Positions 41,431-53,489 of a DNA stretch of 64,000 nt are shown here, piece by piece. This stretch comes from Eledone cirrhosa (Eukaryota). Made by a program: the position numbers and the translations under genes. How positions within the stretch are numbered: position 1 is the stretch's first letter; each line of letters begins with the position of its first letter. The stretch lies in NCBI GenBank assembly GCA_964016885.1, contig OZ024743.1, forward strand, positions 121,334,001 through 121,398,000. The letters are read 5' to 3'. The notes below the pieces were generated by a model. That model was not told the origin of the DNA and did not search any database. It saw nothing but the letters and a program-made list of their open reading frames with translations.

Positions 41431-41957
41431 TAAAGTCCATCCCTCGACCCGGCCCCCCGCTGCCCCTGAACAGCTGAGCGAAGTGTCGCTAAAAAGCATC
41501 ACACATTTTCCCGGGATCGAGTAGCATGCGCCCGTCGTGGTCCACCAAAGACCGGATCGTGGTTTTGTTGCCACGACGCGCCTCCGCCACTCGGGCCCAT
41601 TGAACGGCTTTCGTCCCCTCGTGTCTGAGAGCACGCACCTTAGCTCTGACAACACAGCCTTCGTGCTTTGCATTGAAGAATTGGTCAAGGGCCAATTTCG
41701 CCGTAAGTACGTCGGTCGCGATGCCTTTGCTAAGCGCCTCGTCTAATATTCTAACTAGTTCTCCCTCTGCTCTATTTTTCTCTATTGCTAAAGCCTTATC
41801 AAACCTAATGGACTCTATTCTAATCGCTCTTTTCAGAGCAAACCACCACTTGTTGTTGACGATGGGCCCCCGTCAACGCTCGCTTAACTAGTTCGTTAAT
41901 CTGGTCACTGTAGGCCTTGCGCGCTGGTAAGGACGCGTTTAACTTCCAGTAGTCGGG

Positions 41958-42686
41958 TCATCGTCTATGAAGCCTATCTAAGTCAAGCACACAGATCACG
42001 AATTTGTGGTCCGTGTAGCTGACTATCTTGAATTGTGGACAGCCTATGCTAGACCTATCTATTTCCCTACAAAATACTCTATCTAGATATGATCTGGATG
42101 ACCCTATACGATTTGTCCAAGTCCACATTGGCACATTCGGGAAATCCAATCGGTACCTGTCAGACAGTTCAAAACGCCTGAGCAGGTTGGTGAGGCTCTT
42201 GCACCCTCCTCCCCTATCCGTTAATCCCACACAGTCCCAGCGTGCATCTAAGATCCCGTTCCAGTCGCCCACTAACACTAAAGAGCGGGACGTTCCAAGA
42301 AAGGTCTCCAGACACCTGAAGAAATCAGGCCGCCCTGATTCTGTCGGGGCATAGACGGCAACTAGCCTGAAAGCTTGTCCGTCTCCGCTGGTCACGTCCA
42401 GCACCACCAACTTACCCTCTGGGTCCAGGAAGATGGCCCGTATGGCGAGATCCAAACCTCTCCTAAAAAGCACAGCAACTCCTCCCCCCGATCCAGGACG
42501 GCTGGGAGACGCGTACACATCGTAGCCGCCGAAGATCGGAGCGAAGGCCCGTGCTTCGGAGATTCTGGTCTCGTTGATGGCCACTACATCTATGTTTAGT
42601 GACCTGAGGTCGTTAAGCAGGTGGCCCTGCTTCCATGACAACCCCAAGCCACGCGCATTTATGCTGCCTATTCTGAGTGAGGTCAT
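41958..42686 (-). CDS. Intact AP-endonuclease domain of Tx1-like ORF2 (MTSLRIGSINARGL...)
   Basis: All APE catalytic motifs lie in one frame; a frameshift follows just before the YWK.N motif. Confidence 0.85.
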   Translation of the reverse strand: MTSLRIGSINARGLGLSWKQGHLLNDLRSLNIDVVAINETRISEARAFAPIFGGYDVYASPSRPGSGGGVAVLFRRGLDLAIRAIFLDPEGKLVVLDVTSGDGQAFRLVAVYAPTESGRPDFFRCLETFLGTSRSLVLVGDWNGILDARWDCVGLTDRGGGCKSLTNLLRRFELSDRYRLDFPNVPMWTWTNRIGSSRSYLDRVFCREIDRSSIGCPQFKIVSYTDHKFVICVLDLDRLHRR

Positions 42687-42689
42687 GTT

Positions 42690-44873
42690 GAAATGGAGTG
42701 GAAAAGATGGCAAAGACCACTTACCGTACTTTTCGTAGAGGAAGGATGTTTCTCCATCCCTTTTCACTTGATCGTCTGGTGAAGGGACTGTTGAATCGTC
42801 CCTTCGGCTGGTCGTCGGCTCTTCTATGAGTATGTCCGAATATACTCTCCGGTTGAGAGTGCCTCCTAGGTCTCTGAAATCACCAACTGCGTTGGGGAAG
42901 TTCGTTTTAATGTTTGTGTATTGTTTCTGTGCTATTTTTACCAGTCTTATGTTCGTTGGCGTTTTGATTGGTGCTGGTATTATGTAGTCGTGCTGTGAAA
43001 TGTCTGTGTGTTCAATTATGTAAATCATTAGTTTCTTGTTGTGTGTATTTATTGCCGTGCATTTGTTTTTCTGTGGATGAGGGGTGATTCTGCTATTTTC
43101 TTGTCGTTGTTGCTGGGTGTGTGTGTTTTGTTGTTGTGTTTGCGATGTTGCTGCTTGTGGTGGTGGTGTTGAAGGTGTTGTTGTTGTTGGCGGTGAGGTT
43201 GTCGCCGGTGGTGATGGTGGTGCTAGTGTGGGTGGTGATGGTGTTGGTGGTGTTGCTGCTGTGAGTCTCTTTGCAGTAGCCTTTACCCTTTTTTCATTTC
43301 TTTCCTCCCTTTTCGAAGGCGACGATGCGCTGCTTCTGCGTTTGTGCCTTCTTGCGACTTTTGCCATCCCTCTCCCACCTCACACCCCATGTCTGATTCA
43401 TTGAGGTCGGGGAGGGGTAGAGCTCCACTCTTTCACTTGTTGTTATTGGTGATGTTTGTAGTCGAGTCTCTGTTGCAGCTGCAGTTGGTATTACTGTTGT
43501 TGTTGTTAATACTTCAACTGCTGCTGCTGTTCTTGATTTCCGTGGCGTGGGTATGGGTGCCACGGACCTATCGTTCCTGGTTGCCGCTTGTCCTGTTGCT
43601 GGTAGCAGTGGAGCCGGTTTCGGAAGGAGGGGGGTTTTCTCCTTTCTCAGGGTCTTCTCGTTGCAGAAGACCCTGAGATGAGTCTTCGATCCACAGCGAA
43701 AGCATTTCGGGCGTTTGCCCTCAACACTTATGGGCAGTTGAGTGCCGTTATCGAAGTCTATCACATCCGGGATAGCTTCGATGCACACCTGGTTGGTTTG
43801 GATTAACATCTCAATGGAGGTGCCGACCCAATCTTCTCTTACTTTTTTCTGTACTTGCAGTACAGTTGTTTTGTCCTCGATTCCGACGAGGACAGATGTG
43901 GCCAGCCAAGAAGGGGTCATCCCGGGGGGGACGTGGGTCAGTTTGACCCTCACAATTTTTTGCCCGCAGTAGAAGGGCACCAACACCATTTCCTCGCTCC
44001 TTAGGATCACTAAGGTTTGAGCCTTTGCCTCCTGGGGTGTGGCAAAAAGCACGTCTACGGTGGCATATTTCTTGCTTCGGGTGATATGCGTTCTCCGCTG
44101 CCACACAGACCCTAAGGCTTTTTGTATTTGAGCCTCTGTGGATCTTTCAACCCTACGGGATTTTGTGCTTACTGTACGGTACGTGACCGTACAGTGCTGT
44201 TGGGTTTAGAAAAATTTTTCGGCTGCTTTGCAGATTGCTCGGTGTCCGGTTTTCGTCACCATCTTCTTTGCTTCCTATAATTCCTCATTTGTTATGAGGA
44301 TGGTTTCCAGTTTCTTTGCGATACCTGCAAACGAGATTGGGTTTTCTTTGCTGCTGTTGTTGTTGTTGTTGTCGTCAGAACTGCTGTTACTTTTGTTGTT
44401 GCTGCAGTACTATGACTACTGCCGCCGCCGCTGTTGTTGTGGTTGTTGTTGTTGTTGCTGCTGCTGCTGTTGTTATTGCTGTTGCTGCTAATGCTGTTGT
44501 TGTTTATGCTGCTGCTGCTGCTGATGCTGTTGCGGCTGCTACTGTTGTTTTCCTTGTCACTGTTGCTGCTGCTGCTGTTATTACGGCTGCTACTGCTATT
44601 ATTCATGACGTCAGACGAATGAAATCGGTTTTCGTATTTACCGCACACCTTTTTCGTCGTTGTCGTCGTCGTGGAGAAATGTTCCATGTTTTGCACGTGA
44701 TTTTGGAAACTATTTTTCTTTACTGGCGTCGCTTGCGAAAGAGAAGGGAGGGAGAGAGACACATTTAGAGAAGGGAGGGAGAGAGACAATCTTCTCTCTG
44801 CTGTAGTGACGATTGAGGAAGAAGAAGACGGAATGAGTGGGAGTGACTTGTGAAAATTCTTTTTCGTAGCCAT
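42690..44873 (-). pseudogene. Tx1-like ORF1 (gag-like), frameshifted, with N/S/T/Q low-complexity tracts
   Basis: ORF pieces 44292-44873, 43294-44106 and the first half of 41958-43367; zinc knuckle near 43670-43710. Confidence 0.75.
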
Positions 44874-45087
44874 GTTTTTTTTGGTTTAAAATAAATATTG
44901 TGTACAAAACCCCAATAAGCGGTTATTTAACCCCGAAGGGCCAAATAACGGGCAGAAAGACCCCTCTCACGAGGAGGAGGGTGTTTTTGTCTACAGTTTG
45001 GTTAAAGTTTTAAACAATTTACAATTGTTATAGCGGTCAAAATTTACAATACCTTACAGAGCCGAGCCTCCGTCAACCATGGCATTC

Positions 45088-45120
<33 letters not shown>

Positions 45121-45345
45121 CCCGATTGTCATAGGCGCACTGGGGACTATCTCCAAAAGTTTCCAGGGATGGTTAAAGAAAATCGGCCCCTTCACGCTTT
45201 TTGGAACGCTTCAAAAGGTATGCTTGCTTGGAACAGCAAGAACCCTCCGATACGTCCTGAATATCTGAGGCTGCAGGTAGTGGCTTGATATTCAATCCAA
45301 CGGACTTTCCAGTTAACCAACATCAATGACTGAGATTCAAGGAAT
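45121..45345 (+). mobile_element. Very short 3' fragment of R4-like family B between two (TAA)n tracts
   Basis: PIVIGALGTISKSFQGWLKKI...LQKVCLLGTARTLRYVLNI* plus UTR ctgaggctgcaggtagtggcttgatattc, as at 23398-23570 (-). Confidence 0.88.
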
Positions 45346-45589
45346 AACAACAATAATAATAATAATAAATAGATTGACTTAGTGACCTGGCCAAGGCCAA
45401 ACGTCAATATCAACAACTATGGGACTGCTGGCTCACCCCTTCCTCACCAACAATATAAAAAGCCCCGGCACCACCACCGACATAGCCAACAACAATAACA
45501 GCCAACTACAACAAAAAGTATATTATATTATTGTAATGCACTGGGTGATTGCTGGCCTTGTGCCTGGAGTGGAGACAATTATTAATAAT

Positions 45590-48500
45590 TTCATTCTTAA
45601 GCCACGCAATGCTCACATTAAGGAACCACTCATGATAATAACAATTTTAAAAAAAAAACAACAAAAAGAAAACCCCGTGACCAAGAAATACCGGGATGGC
45701 GGCCGGCGGGGAATAGCCGTGTCTCTAGGGGAGAACGACCCCTATAGTCTTGGTTGACACTCGTTCTAGAAGTGGTAACACGAAATGATTACCCTTGGCA
45801 GATAAGGATAAACGCGAAAAAATAAAGTAAATGTCTAATGATAAAATCTCATACCGGATCGGCCGTCACCCGGGTAAAAAAGGGCCGCGTCCCTCAGAGA
45901 GGAACCAGACTGGGGTCGAAAAATCAGCTAATGGTTCAAACCTTCCCATCACTTCGGAGCTGGAGACCTCCCATAACCGGAATACTCCTACTGTTGGCCC
46001 TCCATGCTCACCACCAAGAAATCCAAAGAAAAAGAGAGAAAAATGGTCAAGGGAAGATAATAAAGAAGTCCTTGAGGCTTTCTACACTGCCATGTACTAC
46101 CCATCAAATACATCGAATACAGAACAGACATATATCAACTGGAAAAAGAAACATCCCGAAAACAGAGGCTATATTGACAGTAACAAACTAGCCAATATAC
46201 GAAGAAATATTGTAAGAAAAAAGTTACTAACTGATATAGAAATTGATCAGATCAAGCTATTAGCACAAAGTCAGCGAAGGGAAAATGAAACATGTGTCAG
46301 TGAAAACGAGGTAAACTGTAACACTTCGAATCCCAGGGTTGGGGCGGAATCACTGGCAACAGAACAAATTAAAGAAAGGATCGAAAAAGTGGAGGGAGTG
46401 CATGCTCAGGATGAAACTCCAAATGAAAATAATGAGATCGTAAATGATAAAGAAATGAATGAGAATGAACTTGCCAACTTGAAGGATGAAATTATGATCG
46501 AATGGATGAAAATGAAAGAATCTGACATGGGGCAACGAGACACCCTCCCTAAGATCCAGAACTCCAAACAGAACCAAAAGATAATACACAAGACTAACAT
46601 AATTCTCAAAAACATTATCATCACAAACAAACTAAACATTACTGATTTAAATCATCTCTATTATGCATCGGCTAAAGTCACCACTCACTTATGTGGAGTG
46701 AAGATGAAAAAACAAAGGAATTCCCACAAGAAATCTACTTGGCAAGAGAACATCAATCGCCAAATAAACCTTCTCCGATCTGACATAGAAATTTTAACAA
46801 ACTATAAAGTAGGTGAACATGTTAAACAAACTAAACTTAGAAAATTGAAAAAAAAGTACAGTATAAAATCAACATGTGACATAGAAATGCTGATAGAAAT
46901 AATCAAGCAAAAAGTGTCGGCCAAAGCTGCTCGTATAAGGCGCTTTGAAAAACGATCTAGATTCTATAAGGACAATAATATGTTCAAAAACAACCAAAGA
47001 AACTTCTACAGAAAAATTGGTAAGTCAACAATAACTGCTAAATCAATACCACCCAAGGAGGAAGTGCAAGAATTCTGGGAAAAGATCTGGGCCGAAGAAA
47101 AAGTTCATAACATACATGCCCCATGGATAGACAGACAAATGAAAGATACAGCTCACCTTGAGGAACAAACATGGGAAAATATAACAGTTGAACAGTTGCG
47201 CTTGGCTCTAAGAAAAACCAGCAAATGGAAATCCCCAGGAAAAGACAAAATACAAAACTTTTGGATAAATGCCTTCACAGAGTCTCATGAGCTGTTAGCC
47301 CAACTTTACAAGGAAATAGTTAAGGAGCCAGAAAAGATACCTTCATGGCTAGTTAAAGGCATTACATTCCTGCTTCCGAAGAATGATGAGACAAACAATC
47401 CCAAAAATTACAGACCGATAACTTGCTTGACCACAATGTATAAAATTTTAACATCAGTCCTAACTGAATACACATATGACGACCTGATAACAAATGACCT
47501 ATTTCCCATTGAGCAGAAAGGGTGTAAACGAGGCTCATATGGCTGTAAGGATCAGCTTCTGGTTAACAAAATGATACTGGAAGATTGTCATAATAGACAC
47601 AAAAATCTATCGATTGCTTGGATAGATTATAAAAAAGCATTCGATAGTTTGCCACACAGTTGGATTGAAAAATGTTTAGAGATTTTCAAAGTATCCCCCG
47701 TTGTCAGGAGGTTTTTGTCATTCAGTATGAAGACATGGAAAACGACACTCCTTTTGAATAGTGAAACAAAATCACTGGAAGCTGGAGAAGTTAATATTAA
47801 TTGTGGAATTTTTCAGGGTGACTCTTTATCACCGCTTTTATTCTGCATCGCACTTATACCATTAAGTAAAATGCTCAATGAAACAAAACATGGATATAAA
47901 GTCTATGACAAAACCATTAATCACCTGTTCTACATGGATGACCTGAAACTATTTGCAAAAAATGATGAACAATTGCAAGGGCTATTATCCACTGTGAAGC
48001 AGTTCAGTGATGACATTAAAATGGAGTTTGGACTAGATAAATGCGCCAAAGCAACGTTCACCAGAGGAAAGCTGCTGAAGAGTTCAGACATTAATCTTGA
48101 TCGGGGGAACGTGATAAGAGAACTTGATCAAGAAAAAACTTACAAATATCTAGGTGTTTGTGAAGGAGACGGAATCAAGCACTCGACAATGAGGGAAAGG
48201 ATAAGGAAAGAATGTTACCGCAGAGTAAGAGTAATCTTAAGAACGGAATTGAATGCAAGGAATAGGATCGATGCCATAAACACGCTTGCCATACCAGTAG
48301 TAACCTACAGTTACAATGTCATCAACTGGTCAAGCACAGAGATCCGTAGGCTCGATACAAAAATTCGAAAATTCTTAACCATGCACAGAATGCATCACCC
48401 TAAGGCAGATATAGATAGAATATATCTCCCTAGGAAAGAAGGAGGACGTGGGTTAATCCAGTTAGACATTGCGTTGAAAACTGCAACAATTGGATTATCT

Positions 48501-49624
48501 ACATATCTAAGGGAATCACATGATTGAATGATGAAACTCGTTTTGAAACACGAAAGCATCGAAAGATCATATTCCATTACAAAAGATGCACAAAGATACA
48601 GTAATGGACTACAAATTTCAGAAGTCCCATTTACTGCTGAAATGGAAAACACAGAAAAAGCAAAGCAGGTAAAAGTAACTGCAAAGAAAGAACTGCTACA
48701 GAAACTGGCTAAGAAATGGCAAGAAAAGCCTCTGTATGGAAAATACCCAGAGCGAGCTAACAATCCTGATGTTGACAAAACTTTAACCCATCAGTGGTTG
48801 GCATCCTCTGGACTGAAATCGGAGACTGAAGGACTGATTATATCGGCACAAGATCAGTGTCTGCCAACAAAAAATTACCAAGCCAACATAATAAAAAATG
48901 GGTGCAGCCCATTATGCCGTGTATGCAAAAAACAACCAGAGACCATTGACCATATAATTTCAATGTGCAGTCCTATAGCTCCAACCGAATACCTAAACAG
49001 GCATGACAGAGCTGCACAATACATACATTGGATAATGTGTAAGCATTTTGACCTGCCCCATCAAAAGAATTGGTGGGAGCATCAACCACCTCCCATACTT
49101 GAAAAAGATCACATCTCAATCTTGTGGAACTTTAGCATCCAAACAGACCGAAAAATAGATGCAAACAGACCTGATATAATATTGAAAGACTTTCAAAAGA
49201 GGGTATGCCTGCTAATTGATATGTGTGTTCCAATAGACAAGAATGTATCTATAAAAACATTTGAAAAATTGAGCAAGTATAAGGACCTGGAGATAGAAAT
49301 TGGAAAAATGTGGAAATTGAGAACTAAAACAATACCAGTGGTTGTAGGCGCTCTGGGAATGATACCTAAGGGGGCTAATGATTACTTATCGTAAATCCCA
49401 GGAAACCCGCGTATAGGAGAAATACAAAAGATAGTACTAATGGGAACTGCCCATATACTAAGGAAGATTCTGTCAATATAAGTACATCACAAGTCTAAAC
49501 ACTAAAGATGCATGTGTGAATATGTATGTTCTTTCTTGAACATGGCGGACCTTGTTGTCTCTTGAGGTCACTGGTTGTGACTTGGTGATAACTCGTATGA
49601 ACATAAAGCAAGATAAATGCAACT

Positions 49625-49664
<40 letters not shown>

Positions 49665-49668
49665 TAAT
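45590..49668 (+). mobile_element. Apparently full-length R4/Dong-like LINE, family A, with (TAA)n tail
   Basis: Structured GC-rich 5'UTR, single long ORF, ~145-bp 3'UTR, then (TAA)n at 49626-49668. The 5' boundary is approximate. Confidence 0.93.
45831..49481 (+). pseudogene. R4-like RT-REL polyprotein, ~1216 codons, broken only by two nonsense codons
   Basis: YRPITCL, WIDYKKAFDS, IFQGDSLSPLLF, FYMDD, CRVC...ETIDHIISMC, RHD, RPDII...LIDMCVP. TGA at 48525 is TGG in the 36750 copy, and TAA at 49392 is CAA in the 37626 copy. Confidence 0.93.
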
Positions 49669-49669
49669 A

Positions 49670-51940
49670 GGTACCAGAGTAGTTGACAAAGGGTTTCCCT
49701 CTCCTCCTCAAATTCACGAGCCTACAGGCGCATGATCAATGTAGGCCCACACAGACTGGCCATTCTCGCCACATTCACCCACCTTTCAACAAATGTATGG
49801 GGGGGGAGCTCTTCTCTCTCCACCCTCACCTTCCTTTCCAAGTGAAATTTTAAAAAGTTGATGAGGGATTGCCCGAAGAGAACAGTCTCTGTATTCAGTC
49901 CTTTGAAGCTGGCCCTCTTTCGCTACTGCCACCAGAAAGAGGAAAAGTGCCTGCCGTTCCTGGCCAAAAGAAGGTGGCAGGTTGATCTTCACTTTGGACT
50001 CGGCCGATAGCCAGATCCGTTCTACACGCGACAAAAGCTATTCGACATAACTCTACAAGTCAGTAATGCGTGCAGAAAGGTTTCGTCGTTCTCCACGCAT
50101 CTTGGGCAGGTCTGACAGCACTTCCATGCCTGTAGAGTTTATCTCGAACCACCAGTGGGTGTCGTCGCCCCCCCCCCTCCTCGGTACCACTGCCAAGTGA
50201 AGGATTTTGGGAAGTTATCCATCGTCTCTGGCTCAAAAGTCCTCCGGATCAGACTTGTTAGTTCGACTTCATCGACTTTATCGACGCCCAAAGCCTCTCC
50301 GAGTGCGTCGTCGCGCTTGCCCACCACTAATCCTCTATAGAACTCGAGTGGGATGTTTCACTGATCGCATTGCGTGCCTCGTAGAGTGAGTGAGTACTTG
50401 GCAACATTCCGTGATCCAGTCTCGGCCTCTCCTTGACCCAGGATTGCAGCTCAGTCAAAGAGACGAGCTGCGGAAAGGCCCGTCTGACAGACGGCGACCA
50501 CACCTGTTTACCGTTTAGGCAGAATATCTGGAGGTGCCGCAGCCTCAGCGCATGTCTACGCATCATTAGCCACGACCTGCCCAGCCCTCCACGTAGAGGG
50601 TGCTGGCAGTAGATGGGCCGCCTCACCAACGGAACCCGTTCCCCCCACAAGAATTTGAAGAGGAACCGTTCCAACTTGGTGAGGCGTGGATGGGGGCAAG
50701 GTACGACGGACAGGTGGTAGTAGGTGAAGGACGTGATGTACGGATTCACGACTGGGGTGGTGAATGCGTACAATCACCTTTCAGTGATAGCTTCCTTGCA
50801 ACCCATTTCTGGGTGGGACTGGCTACCCTGCCTGTCACCTCGTCTGAATTATTATCCACCTGGAGGTCTGGCCAGAACTGAACCCCGAGCAACTTTACCG
50901 GGCGTCCGTCCAAGGCCCAACGACGCTGTTTCACGGTATGGAGTTGCTTCTTCAGGTGCCGAGTTGCTAGCCCACTTCAGGTGCCGAGTTGTCTGCGCCT
51001 CTCTCACCAGATCAGTGACGACAAGCGCCAATCTCTTTGATAGAACCTTGGCCAAAATATCGGCTTACAGGGTTGGGAATTTCCCCGTTCTGCTGCCAGT
51101 TGTAGTAGACGTCCAGCAAGAGGTTGCCGAACACGTCTGGCATGTGTACGTAAAGCTTGCACAGCAGACGATCCGAACTAGGCGATTTACCCATCGTGCA
51201 GTAAGTCATTGCCTCCCGTAATTCAGCAGCTGTTATCGGCTTTTCGCAACACTCCGCCTCTGTGGCCGAGAGCCGTGGCTGTCCGTCGAGGTAGACACTA
51301 AAGTCCATCCGGCCATCCGACCCACCGCTGTCCCCGAAGAGCTGAGCGAAGCATCACTGAAAAGCTGCTTACATACTCCGGGATAGAGTATCATGCGCCC
51401 GTCGTGGTCCTCCAAAGACCGGATCGTGGCTTTGTTGCTACAATGTGCCTCCGCCACTCAGGCCCATCGAACGGCTTTCCTCACCTCATGTCTGAGAGCA
51501 CGCGCCCTAGATCTGACAACGCAGCCTTCGTTCTTTACGTTGACGAATTGGTCCAGAGCCAATTTCTCCACAAGTGCGTCGGTCGCGATGGCTTTACAAT
51601 GTGCCTCGTATAATTTTAGAACTAATTCTCCCTCTGCTCTATTTTTCTCTATTGCTAACGCCTTACTAAACATAATCGGCTCTATTCTAGTCGCCCTTTT
51701 CAGGGCGAACCACCATTTGTTGTTGATGACTGCCCCCGTCAACGCCCGCTTAACTAAAGTAATTTGCTCATCCGGTATCTGTAGGCTTTGCGAGCTGTCA
51801 ACTACGCGTTTAGCTTCCAGTAGCCGTGTCCCTATCTAAGTAGACTATACAGATCACGAATTTGTGATCCGTGTAGTCGACTCTCTTGAATTTTGGACAG
51901 CCTGCGCTAGACATATCTATTTCCCTACAAAATACCCTAG
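49670..51940 (-). mobile_element. Decayed Tx1-like LINE with the RT core deleted, bounded by (TAA)n at both ends
   Basis: Homologous to 38150-39400 and 41435-42085. Jumps from LVREAQT directly to the QLGTW region near 50990. Confidence 0.88.
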
Positions 51941-52639
51941 ATAATAATAATAATAATAATATAAGGCATAATAGAATTTGCGCAATTTCAATACATAATA
52001 GAGATAATATATAAGGTTTTTTATCAATAATAATTATTTCTTTTAAAATGATGAAGTATAAACTTATGTTCATAAGTGTAATGTTCTAAAATGGTGGTAC
52101 ACAGCTGTTCCTGAACCTTGTGTTCTGGGCTCAAATGCGTCTCTAATGTCTACAAATGGCAACAACACAAATAGCATTAGCGTGGGATGTTACTGTTTAA
52201 GACGTTAAATTATTTCTCTATATGGAAGCTCCATAGTTGGGAGAGATATGAAGCAGTTGGCACACCAGGATATGCTTTGCAGTGATGGTCAGAATAAAAC
52301 GGGAAAATATTGTATTCCGTACTTACCAGGAGAAAATGAAAGATATGATTGACTAATAATTTATCTTTCACACTAGGTATTTAGTTCGATTTAGCTTTTT
52401 AATGCCAACCATGCATTAGTTAATTTAACATTAACTTACGTATTGTTTTTCATGTCTATGGCATCTCTGAATTATTTATTATCAGTAATGCATTAGCAGA
52501 TTAAGATGCTCTTAACTGAACACTGATAGAAGTTGACAGCATCTGAGAGGGGGGTTATGCTTTCCTAATTGTAGAGAGACGTTGTGCTACTTCCACCTTC
52601 ATTTTGTATCAGATATTAATGGTTATTATCATGTTATGA

Positions 52640-52765
52640 TATGATGTAATGTGTGATTGCGTGAATGTGTAATGTATGATTGCGTGCATGTATTGCTTGC
52701 ATGTATTGCGTGCATGTATTGCGTGCATGTATTGCGTGCATGTATGATTGCGTGCATGTATTTTC
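52640..52765. repeat. Short tandem repeat, ~13-bp unit tattgcgtgcatg
   Basis: About 7 imperfect units. Confidence 0.8.
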
Positions 52766-53089
52766 GTGTACGTTTTGAATTTAGATAAGTTAAATGTTTA
52801 ATCCAATGAGGTAAGTACTTTGTAGAATCAGTAGAGCGGGGAATGAAATATTGTGCGATATTTAGATATCTTTACATCCCGGATTCGAATATTCCTGGTT
52901 GATATTATTTTTCGTTCTTTTAATGTTCATAAAATAAATATCAGCTAATTACTAATATCTATATTATCGATTGTACCCTTCCATCCAAACGTGTGACCAA
53001 TGCTAGAAATTATTTAGATAAATTAACTTTGGCATATATATAAAGTGTTAACAAAAATCAAATATGCGATGCGGAAAAAATGATATTAT

Positions 53090-53400
53090 TACCATGCTTT
53101 ACAGCAACGAGTTGTGTCCCTTTCCGGTCTGAGTTCAAATCATGCCGAGGTTAACTTTGCCTTTCATCCTTACGGGATTGATAAAATAAAGTACTAGTAA
53201 TGCACTGGGTAATTGCTGGCGTTGTGCCTAATGTAAAAACAATTATTCTATGACTAATATTTTCATTGTTCAAGGTACAAGGTCAATAAATTTAAGGGTA
53301 GGGCCAAGTTGATTAGGTCAAACCCAATACTTGATATGTACTTCATTTTATCGACCCCGGAAAGATGAACGGCAAAGTTGACATCGGCGGGATTTGAACA
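53090..53400. mobile_element. Tail-to-tail SINE pair (+ 53090-53245; - 53260-53400)
   Basis: Core gcctttcatcc...gataaaat in both orientations. Confidence 0.8.
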
Positions 53401-53489
53401 CATGTTGACCTCATTATTGAAACTTAGCTTTTACTTGTCATAGTAACGATATAATAATTCTAGAGTAATTATATAAAATTTAGGTGTTC

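Larger units (their letters stand above)
41431..45089 (-). mobile_element. Tx1-like LINE 5' half: 5'UTR, ORF1, APE and linker; starts right at (TTA)n
   Basis: ORF1 from ATG 44873 with a CCHC knuckle (CFRCGSKTHLRVFC). APE motifs SINARGL, INETR, GDWN, SYLDR, TDHK. Confidence 0.92.

Noticed and set aside
44228-44768. Poly-Cys/Leu/Ala ORFs on the + strand
   Set aside because: They are antisense readings of CAA/CAG triplet tracts in the Tx1-like ORF1.
48525-48527. Programmed readthrough or selenocysteine at the in-frame TGA
   Set aside because: The sibling copy has TGG at this position, so it is a simple nonsense mutation.
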